A stretch of 58,472 bases of DNA. Source: Pseudomonadota bacterium. GTDB taxonomy: Bacteria; Pseudomonadota; Gammaproteobacteria; Burkholderiales; JALYOK01. Both the position numbers and the translations under genes were made by a program. The stretch lies in the NCBI GenBank assembly GCA_031419835.1, contig JANOLP010000066.1:1-58472 (forward strand), in the 5' to 3' direction. The notes under the pieces are model-generated. The model was not told where the DNA came from. It saw nothing but the letters and a program-made list of their open reading frames with translations, and did no database searches. Shown here piece after piece: positions 40,733 to 50,424 of this stretch; within the stretch, counting starts at the first letter, position 1; each line of letters starts with the position of its first letter.

Positions 40733-42409
40733 TCAACCCCGCGTCGACAGCGAAAAGCAAACCGCGCCATCTTGATTAAATTCTAGCGCCAATCTAAATT
40801 CCGCACTTAGCGCCTGCCGATAGGCTTGATAAAGGCCAATGCCGGTACCCTGTTCAGTGCTAACGGGTTGGTGGAATAGTTTTGCAACGATATCCGATTT
40901 AATGGCGCTGCCGCGATCGCACACCAATAGTTTGATATGTTCATGGGTATCGATAGTGAGGCGGATTGCGATTTCCGGTTCGGTGATGCGTTTGCGGCGC
41001 GCATTTTCCAACAGGTTTTCGGCGACGCTATCGAATAAGTTTTTTGGCACTTGAACGTCGCCTGGTCCGGATGCTTCGAATTCAATGTTGCGGCCTTCGT
41101 AGCGGGCTTTAAGATTATCCAACCATTCAACGGCGCTGATCATCATCCCGACCGACTGTTCTTTCGGCGCACGCAGGCTTTCAAGTGTGAGCTGCAGGCG
41201 TTTGGTGAGCGGTGGGAGTTGGCGCTGAATTAATTTAGCGTAACTATCCATTTGATCGCTTTTCAAATTTTCGCCGGCAGAGGCAAGCGAGAACAGCGAC
41301 TGCAGAAGGTTTTTGATGTCGTGAGTTAATCGTGCGCCGGTTTCGTGGACGGCTTGAATGTAGGCATTTTGCTTGAGCAATTGTTCGCGTTGTTTCGCTT
41401 CGTAAAACGCGCCGAGCAACTGCGTCAGTAGGCGCAAGTGCAAAATGATCGCCGGACTAAGTCGAATGCGTGTGTAGAGCTGAATGTTCAATTCGTGTGT
41501 CAAAAAACTGGCTTCTTGATTGCCGGGTTTCCCGATCTCGCCGGAACTGTGGGGCGATCGCCACGCGACACCGACTATCCATGGCAAACGGGCGAGTTGA
41601 TCGGCTGCAAAACGCAAAAATTCATCGGGATCGTCGTGTTTTTCCGCGCCTTCGGCAAGCTGTTGTAGCCAGGTTTCGAACGGTAACCCGAGGCTGAGAA
41701 GGTATCGTGAGAAAAAAGTTTGTAATCCCGAATACCCGCCCGAGGGATTCCATAGAACACCCAAGAGCAGCAACGCTAGGCCGACGCCCAACGTGGTGAA
41801 GAGCAGAGCAAGATAGTAGTTGCCGGCTTGTTTGGTGAAAGCGAGGCTCGCCAATACCAGCACACTAACGAGCAGAAAAAATAGCAGGCCATAGACAAAA
41901 TCGACGACGCGGCCCGCATCGACTTCGTCGCTTTCCAATGGTAATAGCGACATCACCACCAACAATAGAGGTAAGCCAAAACGCACCGCATGCTCGAGAT
42001 TCGGCGGCAATTCGTGACCGGCCACCAAAACCGGCACGACCCAAAACAACAACAGCATCAACAAATAGCCGAGCGCAAATTGATAAAACATGCGAAGCCG
42101 TGGCATTTGCGCCGTGAATACGCGCCCGCCAATGGTGCCGATGAGGCCGATCAGCCACAGCGTGACGAGCCAGGCGTTACTCGCGAGAAATAACAACGTG
42201 CCGCAAATGACGATCGCGAGGATGACGGCGGGGCTTAATTTGCTATCGCGGCGAAACAGCGGTTGCCACAAAAGAAACATGCCGAAGTGCGAAACCAGTA
42301 GCGCGCGCGACGCGAAACCTGACAAGCCGCCAGCGAGCGCGAGATGCAAGGTCACCAGCATCAGCAGCACGGACCAACGGCGGTTAAAAAGCAGCCGAGA
42401 TATCTTCAT
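40733..42409 (-). CDS. Multi-TM sensor histidine kinase
   Basis: Multi-pass membrane N-terminus, H-box LTHDIKNLL, N-box ENLLENA, D.G and GTGIGLY boxes. Confidence 0.9.
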   Translation of the reverse strand: MKISRLLFNRRWSVLLMLVTLHLALAGGLSGFASRALLVSHFGMFLLWQPLFRRDSKLSPAVILAIVICGTLLFLASNAWLVTLWLIGLIGTIGGRVFTAQMPRLRMFYQFALGYLLMLLLFWVVPVLVAGHELPPNLEHAVRFGLPLLLVVMSLLPLESDEVDAGRVVDFVYGLLFFLLVSVLVLASLAFTKQAGNYYLALLFTTLGVGLALLLLGVLWNPSGGYSGLQTFFSRYLLSLGLPFETWLQQLAEGAEKHDDPDEFLRFAADQLARLPWIVGVAWRSPHSSGEIGKPGNQEASFLTHELNIQLYTRIRLSPAIILHLRLLTQLLGAFYEAKQREQLLKQNAYIQAVHETGARLTHDIKNLLQSLFSLASAGENLKSDQMDSYAKLIQRQLPPLTKRLQLTLESLRAPKEQSVGMMISAVEWLDNLKARYEGRNIEFEASGPGDVQVPKNLFDSVAENLLENARRKRITEPEIAIRLTIDTHEHIKLLVCDRGSAIKSDIVAKLFHQPVSTEQGTGIGLYQAYRQALSAEFRLALEFNQDGAVCFSLSTRG

Positions 42410-42420
42410 TTTGACGGATG

Positions 42421-42509
42421 GGCTGAACGCCGCATGGATACTATATCTACAGGCATACTAGCTGGAAAATCAATAACTATGGGCATCGTAGCCGCGGTCA
42501 ATATTGGGT
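42421..42509. repeat. Family 1 repeat
   Basis: GCCGCATGGATACTATATCTACAGGCAT matches units of the 21 kb copy. Confidence 0.55.
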
Positions 42510-42614
42510 TTTAGACAAATGAGGTGGCGCAAAGGAATGATATTTAAATAGAGTAATTTGCGGGCAAGCGTTCATCCACTATATCATCGGAGTTAGCGAA
42601 AACGATAGCGGAAA

Positions 42615-43385
42615 ATGCGGCAGAATTTCTTGACCATCGCGTACTACACCTTGCTGGAAGCGGCGCGTAATCGCTTGCTGTATTTGATCGCGCTGATCCT
42701 CGCCGTCGCCTTGGCGTTCACGTTGTTTCTAAAGCAAGTCGCCATCACGGAAAGTGGCGATATTCAAATCGCTTTCCTCGCCGCTTTGTTTCGACTAGCG
42801 GCGGTGTTCATTGCCGCGGGGTTCGTAATTGTCAGTCAAGTTCGCGAAGCCAACGATAAAGTCATGGAGTTATTGTTGACGAGGGATTTATCGCGTGCAC
42901 AATATTTATGCGGAAAGTTGCTTGGCTATCTTGGCGTGGCATTGGTGCTGGCTGTTTTATTTACGTTGCCTTTGTGCTTTTTTGCTGCGCCAAGTCGGGC
43001 GGCGCTTTGGGGACTATCGCTATTCTTCGAACTCGCCATAGTAGCGGCGTTGAGCCTGTTCTGCGTGCTGACATTTAATCAAGTGGTCGGCTCGCTTGCT
43101 GCGGTCGTGGGCTTTTACGCGCTATCGCGTTCGATGGCGGCATTGCAGTTGATCGGCTCGAGTCGCGTCGGCGATGGAAATTTGCTACTCGATCGAATCG
43201 CCAGCACAACCCTCGAAGCCATTGCGTTTTTTCTGCCGCGGTTGGATTTGTTTACACAGAGCGGTTGGTTGTTGACCAATCGTCAAGGCAACGTCGATAT
43301 GGCGTGGGTAATCGCACAAAGTGTCATCTATGTTGGGCTCTTGGGCGTTGCCGCGCTGTTCGATTTGAAGCGGAAGAATTTTTGA
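42615..43385 (+). CDS. ABC-2-type permease of the pilus locus (Myxococcus PilI-like)
   Basis: IA.YTLLEA.RNR, RE.NDK..ELLL..DLSR.QYL.GKLLG, LPRLD.F, FD.KRKNF. Confidence 0.85.
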   Translation: MRQNFLTIAYYTLLEAARNRLLYLIALILAVALAFTLFLKQVAITESGDIQIAFLAALFRLAAVFIAAGFVIVSQVREANDKVMELLLTRDLSRAQYLCGKLLGYLGVALVLAVLFTLPLCFFAAPSRAALWGLSLFFELAIVAALSLFCVLTFNQVVGSLAAVVGFYALSRSMAALQLIGSSRVGDGNLLLDRIASTTLEAIAFFLPRLDLFTQSGWLLTNRQGNVDMAWVIAQSVIYVGLLGVAALFDLKRKNF

Positions 43386-43386
43386 G

Positions 43387-44091
43387 GTGAAGTCGCGACC
43401 GCTAAGTACTGTTTCTTGGCGCCTGACTAGCGCACTGTTGCTTGCCCTCGGGCTACAATTTTATATTCACGCGCAAACGCCACGCGCGCAGGCCCGGGCA
43501 ATCGATTTAATGGCCCTACCAAGCGTGCCATTGTTGCGCGTAGCGAGTTTGGACGAGCCCATCGCGCTGTCGAAAATGCTCATGCTCTATTTGCAAGCCT
43601 TCGACAATCAGCCGGGTATCAGCATTCCGTTTCGCGAGTTGGATTATGATCGTGTCGAGCATTGGCTCAGCAAAATTTTAACACTCGATCCGGCGAGCCA
43701 ATATCCGCTATTAAGTGCGAGTCGCCTTTATGGCGAAGTGCCGGTCGCCGCGAAGCAGCGCCAGATGCTGAATTTCGTCTATCGTGCATTTCTGCAGGAT
43801 CCGAACAAGCGTTGGCCCTGGCTTGCCCATGGCGTATTGATTGCGAAACACCAGTTGAAGGACCTGCCGCTCGCCGCGACTTACGCCACAGCGCTGCGCG
43901 ACCATGCAACCAGCAAAGACGTGCCTCATTGGGCGCAGCAAATGGAACTATTTATCCGCGAAGATATGAATGAATTGGACAGTGCGAAAGTGTTGCTTGG
44001 CGGTCTGTTACAAAGTGGACGAATCAACGATCCAAAAGAATGGCATTTTTTGAACGAAAAGTTACGAGAACTTGAACGAAAGACCGAATGA
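43387..44091 (+). CDS. Membrane-anchored TPR-like accessory protein (PilG-position partner of the ABC permease)
   Basis: N-terminal TM, L..I.TLDP...Y, DP.KRW.W helical repeat pattern; 1 nt after the permease stop. Confidence 0.6.
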   Translation: MKSRPLSTVSWRLTSALLLALGLQFYIHAQTPRAQARAIDLMALPSVPLLRVASLDEPIALSKMLMLYLQAFDNQPGISIPFRELDYDRVEHWLSKILTLDPASQYPLLSASRLYGEVPVAAKQRQMLNFVYRAFLQDPNKRWPWLAHGVLIAKHQLKDLPLAATYATALRDHATSKDVPHWAQQMELFIREDMNELDSAKVLLGGLLQSGRINDPKEWHFLNEKLRELERKTE

Positions 44092-45233
44092 AAATTACCG
44101 ACGTTAAAACCTACGCGTTACACACCCCGCTTACCCAACCCTTCGCGTTTTCCCAGGGCTGGGTACATAAACGCTCTGCCACCATCGTCGAAATCAGCAC
44201 CGACGCTGGCATTACTGGCTGGGGTGAGGCATTCAATCAAGGCCTTGAGCCCCCGCAAATTTCTGCCGCGACCATCGATCACGCACTGAAGCCGCTGATT
44301 CTCGGTGCCGATCCGCTGGAAACGGAAGTGCTGTGGCATCGCATGTATCACCAAACGCGCGACTACGGTCGCAAAGGTTCCGTCGTCGCGGCGATCAGCG
44401 CCGTGGACATCGCATTGTGGGATATCGCCGGCAAACATTTCGGCGTGCCGATTGCGACGCTGCTCGGCGGATTTTTCCGCAAAACCGTTGCGGCTTATGC
44501 CACCGGGTTTTATCGGATCAGCGGCCAGGGCGAAGCCACGCGCCTGGGCGGCGAGGCGATTGCTCACTACGAGGCCGGTTTTCGCGCGATGAAAGTGAAA
44601 CTCGGTTACGGCCTCGAAGACGATTTGAAAGTGATGACCGAAATCAAACGGGCATTGGGTTCGCGCGAAGTCACACTGATGGTCGACACCAACCACGGCT
44701 ACGGCTTGAGCGACGCATTGCGCCTAGGCAAAGGTTTGGAGCAATATAACTTGCGTTGGTACGAAGAACCGGTCGCGCCGGAAGATTACGAAGGTTATCG
44801 GATATTGCGGCAAAAGCTCGATATGCCGATTGCCGGCGGCGAAAACGAGCATAGTCTCTATGGCTTTCGCGAATTGATCGGCCGTGGTTGCGTCGATGTC
44901 GCGCAGCCGGATATGGGTTCGGCCGGTGGATTTACCGCCTGTCGCCATATTACGGCTTTGGCGCAAAGCCATGGCGTGCAGGTGAATCCTCATGTTTGGG
45001 GATCGGGCATTGCGCAGGCGGCGTCGCTGCAATTGATCGCCGCGCTACCGGTGAGCCATCACGCCGTGTTTCCGACCGAGCCCATTCTGGAATACGACAC
45101 CTCGTCCCACCCCTTCCGCCAGGATTTGATTTCGCCCGCCGTCGTCCAGCACGACGGAATGGTTTCGATTCCTCAAACACCGGGCCTTGGCATCGACGTC
45201 GATCGAGACATCCTGAAATGCTACAGTTGCTAA
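44088..45233 (+). CDS. Mandelate racemase/muconate lactonizing enzyme family protein (galactarolactone cycloisomerase-like)
   Basis: GITGWGE, SAVDIALWDI.GK, MKVK, metal ligands in VDTN/EEP/GENE, NPHVW, PGLG. Confidence 0.9.
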   Translation: MKITDVKTYALHTPLTQPFAFSQGWVHKRSATIVEISTDAGITGWGEAFNQGLEPPQISAATIDHALKPLILGADPLETEVLWHRMYHQTRDYGRKGSVVAAISAVDIALWDIAGKHFGVPIATLLGGFFRKTVAAYATGFYRISGQGEATRLGGEAIAHYEAGFRAMKVKLGYGLEDDLKVMTEIKRALGSREVTLMVDTNHGYGLSDALRLGKGLEQYNLRWYEEPVAPEDYEGYRILRQKLDMPIAGGENEHSLYGFRELIGRGCVDVAQPDMGSAGGFTACRHITALAQSHGVQVNPHVWGSGIAQAASLQLIAALPVSHHAVFPTEPILEYDTSSHPFRQDLISPAVVQHDGMVSIPQTPGLGIDVDRDILKCYSC

Positions 45234-45259
45234 ATTGCAACCCAACAATTGTGAAGATT

Positions 45260-45295
45260 TGTTGTTTTTTCGACAGCCTTGTCGGCACGCCAACA
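45260..45295. promoter_or_regulatory. Tandem enhancer (UAS) palindromes for a sigma54 activator
   Basis: TGTTG-N6-CGACA (45260-45275) and TGTCG-N6-CAACA (45280-45295), 20 bp apart, ~100-130 bp upstream of the -24 box. Confidence 0.75.
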
Positions 45296-45390
45296 TCACG
45301 TATCGCCACGTGAAGTCAAAAAACGTGTTTTGAAGGCGGGATTTCAACGTGACGAAGTGATTTAGGAAACTTACTCCGGTCAAAATCGAT

Positions 45391-45406
45391 TGGCACAAGA
45401 ATTGCT
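45391..45406 (+). promoter_or_regulatory. Sigma54 -24/-12 promoter of the major pilin
   Basis: TGGCAC-AAGAA-TTGCT, exact consensus spacing. Confidence 0.9.
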
Positions 45407-45447
45407 TTTGATTGGTTATCTTAATGTTCGTGCAGGGCGAGGGTCCC

Positions 45448-46128
45448 ATGAAACGCAATCAATCCGGCTTTACCTTAGTTGAAATCGCTATCGTACTGGT
45501 CATCATCGGCCTGCTGCTCGGCGGCATTCTGAAGGGCCAAGAATTAGTTCAAAACGCGCGGGTTCGAAACCTTGCCGATCAGCAAAATGCGGTCGCCGCG
45601 GCTTATTTCGCGTTTCAGGATCGGTATCGAGCTTTGCCGGGGGATTATGCCGCCGCAAATACCAATATTCCTAATGTGGTTAGTGCGCCCACATGCGCGA
45701 CGCCCTGCGTACAGGGGAATTCACAGATTACTTTAAACGAGCGGGTTTTCGCCTGGCATCATTTGACGAACGCCGGATTCATATCGTGCCCATTTTGCGC
45801 GAATGATCCCACGCCCAATCCCGCAGCACCTAGTGGCGCCAATAGCCTAACTAATGCGTACAACGGTTTCATGACCATAGAGTTTGACGCAAATTATCAA
45901 GTGCTTGCCGCCGCGCCTGCTGCGTTACCCGTTAACAATCTTAAATCCGGCGGGCAAGTGCCATCCAATATCCTGGCAGAAGTCGATCGAAAATTGGATG
46001 ACGGTAACGCCGGCACTGGAAAATTCAGAAATATCACGGTTCCGGCCGCTGCTGCGGCGTGCGTAAATGTAGCCGACTGGCAATCCCAAACCCCGGTGCC
46101 AGATTGTCAGGCTGTTAATTTGTTCTGA
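45448..46128 (+). CDS. Probable major type IV pilin
   Basis: MKRNQSG|FTLVEIAIVLVIIGLLLGG, ALPGD, D.KLDDG; own sigma54 promoter. Confidence 0.9.
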   Translation: MKRNQSGFTLVEIAIVLVIIGLLLGGILKGQELVQNARVRNLADQQNAVAAAYFAFQDRYRALPGDYAAANTNIPNVVSAPTCATPCVQGNSQITLNERVFAWHHLTNAGFISCPFCANDPTPNPAAPSGANSLTNAYNGFMTIEFDANYQVLAAAPAALPVNNLKSGGQVPSNILAEVDRKLDDGNAGTGKFRNITVPAAAAACVNVADWQSQTPVPDCQAVNLF

Positions 46129-46146
46129 GTGTGATTTTATTTCCGC

Positions 46147-48123
46147 CTAATCCGCTTTGCGGATTAGGCGATCTTCCGCGATGGCCAGCATGTCTGGCCT
46201 TCCTAGCAACACCACCACATCTCCAAGTTTAAGAACCGTATCCAAACTCGGGGTCGCCAAGCGATTCTTTTGGCGATAGATTGTGCTGATTTCCACTTCG
46301 ATTTCGGCAAATTTGAGCGACGTCAAGGTCCGGCCAATCGACGCCGCGCCTTGATGCAGCATGACGGATTTCAAGCGCGGTTGATCCGAGTCTTCGAGCT
46401 CTGTGCCAACATCGCTGACGCCGTGAAAGAAGCCTCGCATCAAATGATAACGGTCGCGCCGCACTTCGCGGATGCGCGCCAACACCCGCGCCAACGGAAT
46501 GCCGATCAGCAACATTGCGTGGGAGGCGAGCATCAGCGAGCCTTCGAGAATTTCCGGTACGACTTCCGTGGCGCCGGCGTTTTGTAATTTTTCCAATTCA
46601 CTGTCGTCGGTAGTGCGAACGATGATCGGCAAGCCCGGATTGGCTTCGCGCGCATGTTCCAAAATACGCAGCGAGATGGGCACATCGGCGAAACTAATAA
46701 CCAGCGCAGCCGCTCGATTCGCGCCGGCCGCCAGCAACACGTCGCGTCGGCCCGCATCGCCAAATACGACGGAATCGCCCGCTGCGGCCGCTTGGCGAAC
46801 CCGTTCCGGATCGGCATCGAGCGCGATGAAGGAAATATCTTCGCGCGCTAGAAACCGCGCGAGATTTTGCCCGCTGCGGCCGTAGCCGCAAATGATGACG
46901 TGGCGATCGCGCCCCATGCTCTTGATGGCAAGTTCGTGCAGGCGCAGCGCGCGTTCGGTCCACTCGCTTTCGCAAAAATACAAAACGAATCGATCCATTT
47001 GCGCGATGACAATGGGCGCCAGCAACATCGACATCAACATCGCCGCGAGCACGACTTGTTGGTAGCGCTGCTCCAACAAGCCCAACAGGCCCGCGTTTGC
47101 AAGCAATACAAAACCGAATTCGCCGGCGTTGCTTAGAATCAATCCGCCGCGAGTCGAAACCGACGTGCTGTGGCGAAACGCGCGCGCCAGCGACCAAACG
47201 ATGGCGAATTTGATCACGATAATGGCAACCAAGGTAAGCATCACCCAGCCGATATTACCGATCAACGCGCCGAGGTCCAAGCGCATGCCGATGGTGACGA
47301 AAAATAATCCGAGCAGCACATCGCGGAACGGTTTGATGTAGTCCTCGACTTGATAACGATATTCCGTTTCTGAAATCAAGATTCCGGCGACGAATGCGCC
47401 CAGCGCCATGGATAGTCCGGCAACTTCGGTTATCCACGCGAGGCCCAACGTCACCAGCAACACATTCAGTACAAAAATTTCCGATGATTTTTGCTTGGCG
47501 ACTAGGTGAAAAAAGCTGCGCATTAAACGTCGGCCATACCAAAGCAATAGGCTTAGGATCAAAACGGCCTTGAGCATGGCGACGCCAAACATTGGCAGGA
47601 AGCGTTCGGGCTCTTGTGCGAGCGCCGGTAGCAGCACCAACAACGGCACCACCGCAAGATCTTGAAACAGCAACACGCCCATCACCAAGCGCCCGTGGGC
47701 GGATTGTAATTCGACCCGCTCCATCAGCAATTTCGCGACGATCGCCGTCGACGACATCGCGATGATGCCGCCCAACGTCAACCCGCCCCGCCAATCAATG
47801 CCGATCGCCATTGCGATTGCCATAACGATTGCAATCGTCAGTATGACTTGAGCACCACCCAGGCCAAATACGGTGCGGCGCATCGCGCTGAGTTGCGCGA
47901 GGCTAAATTCGAGGCCGATGCTAAACATCAAAAACACGATGCCGAATTCTGCCAGGTGCTGCGTGGTTTCGTCGTTCGGCATCCAGCCCAACGCGAATGG
48001 TCCGATCGTCATGCCCACCAGAAGGTAGGCGAACATCGGCGGCAAGCGAAATCGGCGAAACGCCATTACCGCGATCACGACGGCAAGCAGTAGGACAACG
48101 ATAGAAAATAGCGCGCTAGTCAT
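46147..48123 (-). CDS. CPA2 monovalent cation:proton antiporter (Kef-like) with TrkA-N and TrkA-C domains
   Basis: AEFGIVFLMFSIGLEFS, SSTAIV, LLFQDL, IICGYGRSG. Confidence 0.93.
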   Translation of the reverse strand: MTSALFSIVVLLLAVVIAVMAFRRFRLPPMFAYLLVGMTIGPFALGWMPNDETTQHLAEFGIVFLMFSIGLEFSLAQLSAMRRTVFGLGGAQVILTIAIVMAIAMAIGIDWRGGLTLGGIIAMSSTAIVAKLLMERVELQSAHGRLVMGVLLFQDLAVVPLLVLLPALAQEPERFLPMFGVAMLKAVLILSLLLWYGRRLMRSFFHLVAKQKSSEIFVLNVLLVTLGLAWITEVAGLSMALGAFVAGILISETEYRYQVEDYIKPFRDVLLGLFFVTIGMRLDLGALIGNIGWVMLTLVAIIVIKFAIVWSLARAFRHSTSVSTRGGLILSNAGEFGFVLLANAGLLGLLEQRYQQVVLAAMLMSMLLAPIVIAQMDRFVLYFCESEWTERALRLHELAIKSMGRDRHVIICGYGRSGQNLARFLAREDISFIALDADPERVRQAAAAGDSVVFGDAGRRDVLLAAGANRAAALVISFADVPISLRILEHAREANPGLPIIVRTTDDSELEKLQNAGATEVVPEILEGSLMLASHAMLLIGIPLARVLARIREVRRDRYHLMRGFFHGVSDVGTELEDSDQPRLKSVMLHQGAASIGRTLTSLKFAEIEVEISTIYRQKNRLATPSLDTVLKLGDVVVLLGRPDMLAIAEDRLIRKAD

Positions 48124-48159
48124 GGCTAGACTGTATCATTAATTCTATCGAAATGACCT

Positions 48160-48232
48160 GGCCTGGGAGGCAATACCCATGCGCCTCTTCAGGCATGCGT
48201 TGCCACAAAGCAACAGCGGCAAGCCTCGTGGC
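48160..48232. repeat. Family 1 repeat
   Basis: GCCTGGGAGGCAATACCCATGCGCCTCTTCAGGC hairpin. Confidence 0.75.
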
Positions 48233-48305
48233 GATATGCTCTTTGACGCACACGAAACACCGGAACAAACTTATACTCTGGTCTGTCGAAAAATAGCGAT
48301 CACCG

Positions 48306-49289
48306 ATGACTAAACTTTCTGATCCGAAAGCCATTACCAACGTCGCGCGCAACGTACTCAAAATTGAGGCGGACGCGGTGTCGGCCTTGGCCGCGCGGCT
48401 TGATGCGTCATTTATTAACGCTCATGATCTGCTGCTCAATTGCCGCGCCCGCGTCGTGGTGACGGGCATGGGCAAGTCCGGGCATATCGCCAACAAAATC
48501 GCAGCGACTCTGGCAAGTACCGGCACGCCCGCTTTTTTTCTGCATCCGGCAGAAGCTAGCCACGGCGATCTGGGAATGATCACCAACGACGATGTCGTGC
48601 TTGCATTGTCCAATTCCGGCGAGAGTCCCGAGATCCTCGCTATCGTGCCGTTTTTAAAACGTCGCGGCATCGCGCTTGTTGCAATGACGGGAAATCCCAA
48701 TTCCACGATGGCGCGCGAAGCCAACGTTCACCTCAATACCGCTGTCGAAAAAGAAGCGTGCCCACTCAACCTTGCACCAACGGCGAGTACAACGGCCACG
48801 CTGGCCTTGGGCGATGCGCTAGCGATCTCCTTGCTTGAGGCGCGCGGATTTTCCGAAGACGATTTCGCGCAGACCCATCCCGGCGGCACGCTCGGCAAGC
48901 GCTTGCTAATTCGCATCGCGGACTTAATGCATGTTGGCGAACGATTGCCACAGGTAAATGAGCGCGCGTCGTTGCAAGATGCGCTACTGGAAATGACGCG
49001 CAAAGGTCTCGGCGCAACGGCAATTGTCGGCGAAGGAAATATTCTCATGGGTATTTTTACCGATGGCGATTTGCGCCGGACTTTGGAGAAAAATGCCGAT
49101 CTTCGTGGCGTAAAAATCGTCGACGTGATGACACGAAATCCGCGTACCATGCCGCCGGACAAACTAGCGGCAGAAGCGGCGCAGCTGATGCAAGCGCGCA
49201 AGATTACTTGCGTGTTAATCGTCGACGGTGAAAATCATTTGGTAGGCGCGCTACACACCCACGATCTGATGCGCGCCGGGGTGATCTGA
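48306..49289 (+). CDS. kdsD: Arabinose-5-phosphate isomerase (SIS plus CBS pair)
   Basis: GMGKSGHI, HPAEASHGDLG, EACPLNLAPT, HPGG.LG. Confidence 0.97.
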   Translation: MTKLSDPKAITNVARNVLKIEADAVSALAARLDASFINAHDLLLNCRARVVVTGMGKSGHIANKIAATLASTGTPAFFLHPAEASHGDLGMITNDDVVLALSNSGESPEILAIVPFLKRRGIALVAMTGNPNSTMAREANVHLNTAVEKEACPLNLAPTASTTATLALGDALAISLLEARGFSEDDFAQTHPGGTLGKRLLIRIADLMHVGERLPQVNERASLQDALLEMTRKGLGATAIVGEGNILMGIFTDGDLRRTLEKNADLRGVKIVDVMTRNPRTMPPDKLAAEAAQLMQARKITCVLIVDGENHLVGALHTHDLMRAGVI

Positions 49290-49330
49290 AATACTCGAGG
49301 AAGAGCACGGATTAGGCGTAAAATTAACCT

Positions 49331-49855
49331 ATGCAAAACGTCACTACTCGCGCCCAAGGCATCAAAATTGCCGTGTTTGATGTCGACGGTGTCATGACCG
49401 ACGGCACGTTGTTTTTAAATGATTCAGGCGAAGAAATCAAAGCCTATAACGTGCTTGATGGTCACGGCCTAAAAATGTTGAAGCAAAGCGGCGTCGAACT
49501 TGCGATCATCACCAGCCGCACCAGCCGCGGCGTTGAACGACGCGCGGAAAATCTCGGCATCACACATTTGTATCAGGGCAGCACAAACAAACTCGCGACC
49601 TTTAACTCGCTCCTTGGCGCGCTGCAGCTAAGCGCTGCGGAGGCGAGTTACATGGGAGATGATTTGCTCGATGTCGCGCTACTGCGCCGCGCCGGACTTG
49701 CGGTCACGGTGCCGGATGCGCCCGCTTTCGTCAAACAGCAGGTGCATTACGTTACCCAGGCGCGCGGCGGTCATGGCGCGGTGCGCGAATATTGTGAGTT
49801 GCTTATGGCGCACCAGGGCACGCTACAAGCCCTGCAAGAAAGTTATTTGAATTGA
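49331..49855 (+). CDS. kdsC: KDO-8-phosphate phosphatase
   Basis: FDVDGVMTDG, YMGDD..D, GGHGAVRE. Confidence 0.96.
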   Translation: MQNVTTRAQGIKIAVFDVDGVMTDGTLFLNDSGEEIKAYNVLDGHGLKMLKQSGVELAIITSRTSRGVERRAENLGITHLYQGSTNKLATFNSLLGALQLSAAEASYMGDDLLDVALLRRAGLAVTVPDAPAFVKQQVHYVTQARGGHGAVREYCELLMAHQGTLQALQESYLN

Positions 49856-50424
49856 AGTCGGCCACGACAATTTGGTTGCCGATTGGGTTGATGATGGTGT
49901 TGGCCGGGCTGACGTTTTGGTTGATGCGAATTGTTGACGTAAAGCAAACCGAACCGGATAAAACCCGGCACGATCCGGATATGATCGTAGAAAATTTCGT
50001 CGCCCGACAATTGGGTATCGACGGCGGCGAGCGGTATACTATTAGCGCGAAGAGAATGACTCATTTTCCCGATAACGATTCGACTGAAGTCGACGACGTT
50101 CAATTTTCGGCGAAGGAAAAAAACCAGCCGCCGTTGCTTGTCACCTCGACGCGGGCAAAGTTGACCGGTAAGGCGGATGAAATTTTCTTTTTGGACAAAG
50201 TCCAATTGGTGCGAGAGCCGTTTGAGAACTATCAACGGATGGTTGGTGACACGACTTACTTCCACGTCGTCCCCGATCTCGGTGTCGGCAAGACCGATCA
50301 ACCCATCACATTAAAGGAAGGCGAAAATACGATGATCGCCGCCGGGATGGAAATTAATAACAAGACACGGGTTGCAACCCTGTCGCGAGTGAGAGCTACT
50401 TATCATGTGCCTAAAAAACTTTAA
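49852..50424 (+). CDS. lptC: LPS export protein LptC
   Basis: N-terminal TM, HDPD...ENF, beta-rich; operon position. Confidence 0.88.
   Translation: MKSATTIWLPIGLMMVLAGLTFWLMRIVDVKQTEPDKTRHDPDMIVENFVARQLGIDGGERYTISAKRMTHFPDNDSTEVDDVQFSAKEKNQPPLLVTSTRAKLTGKADEIFFLDKVQLVREPFENYQRMVGDTTYFHVVPDLGVGKTDQPITLKEGENTMIAAGMEINNKTRVATLSRVRATYHVPKKL

Noticed and set aside
45412-45447. Upstream TTG start for the pilin
   Set aside because: It lies at or before the predicted sigma54 transcription start; ATG 45448 gives a canonical short leader.
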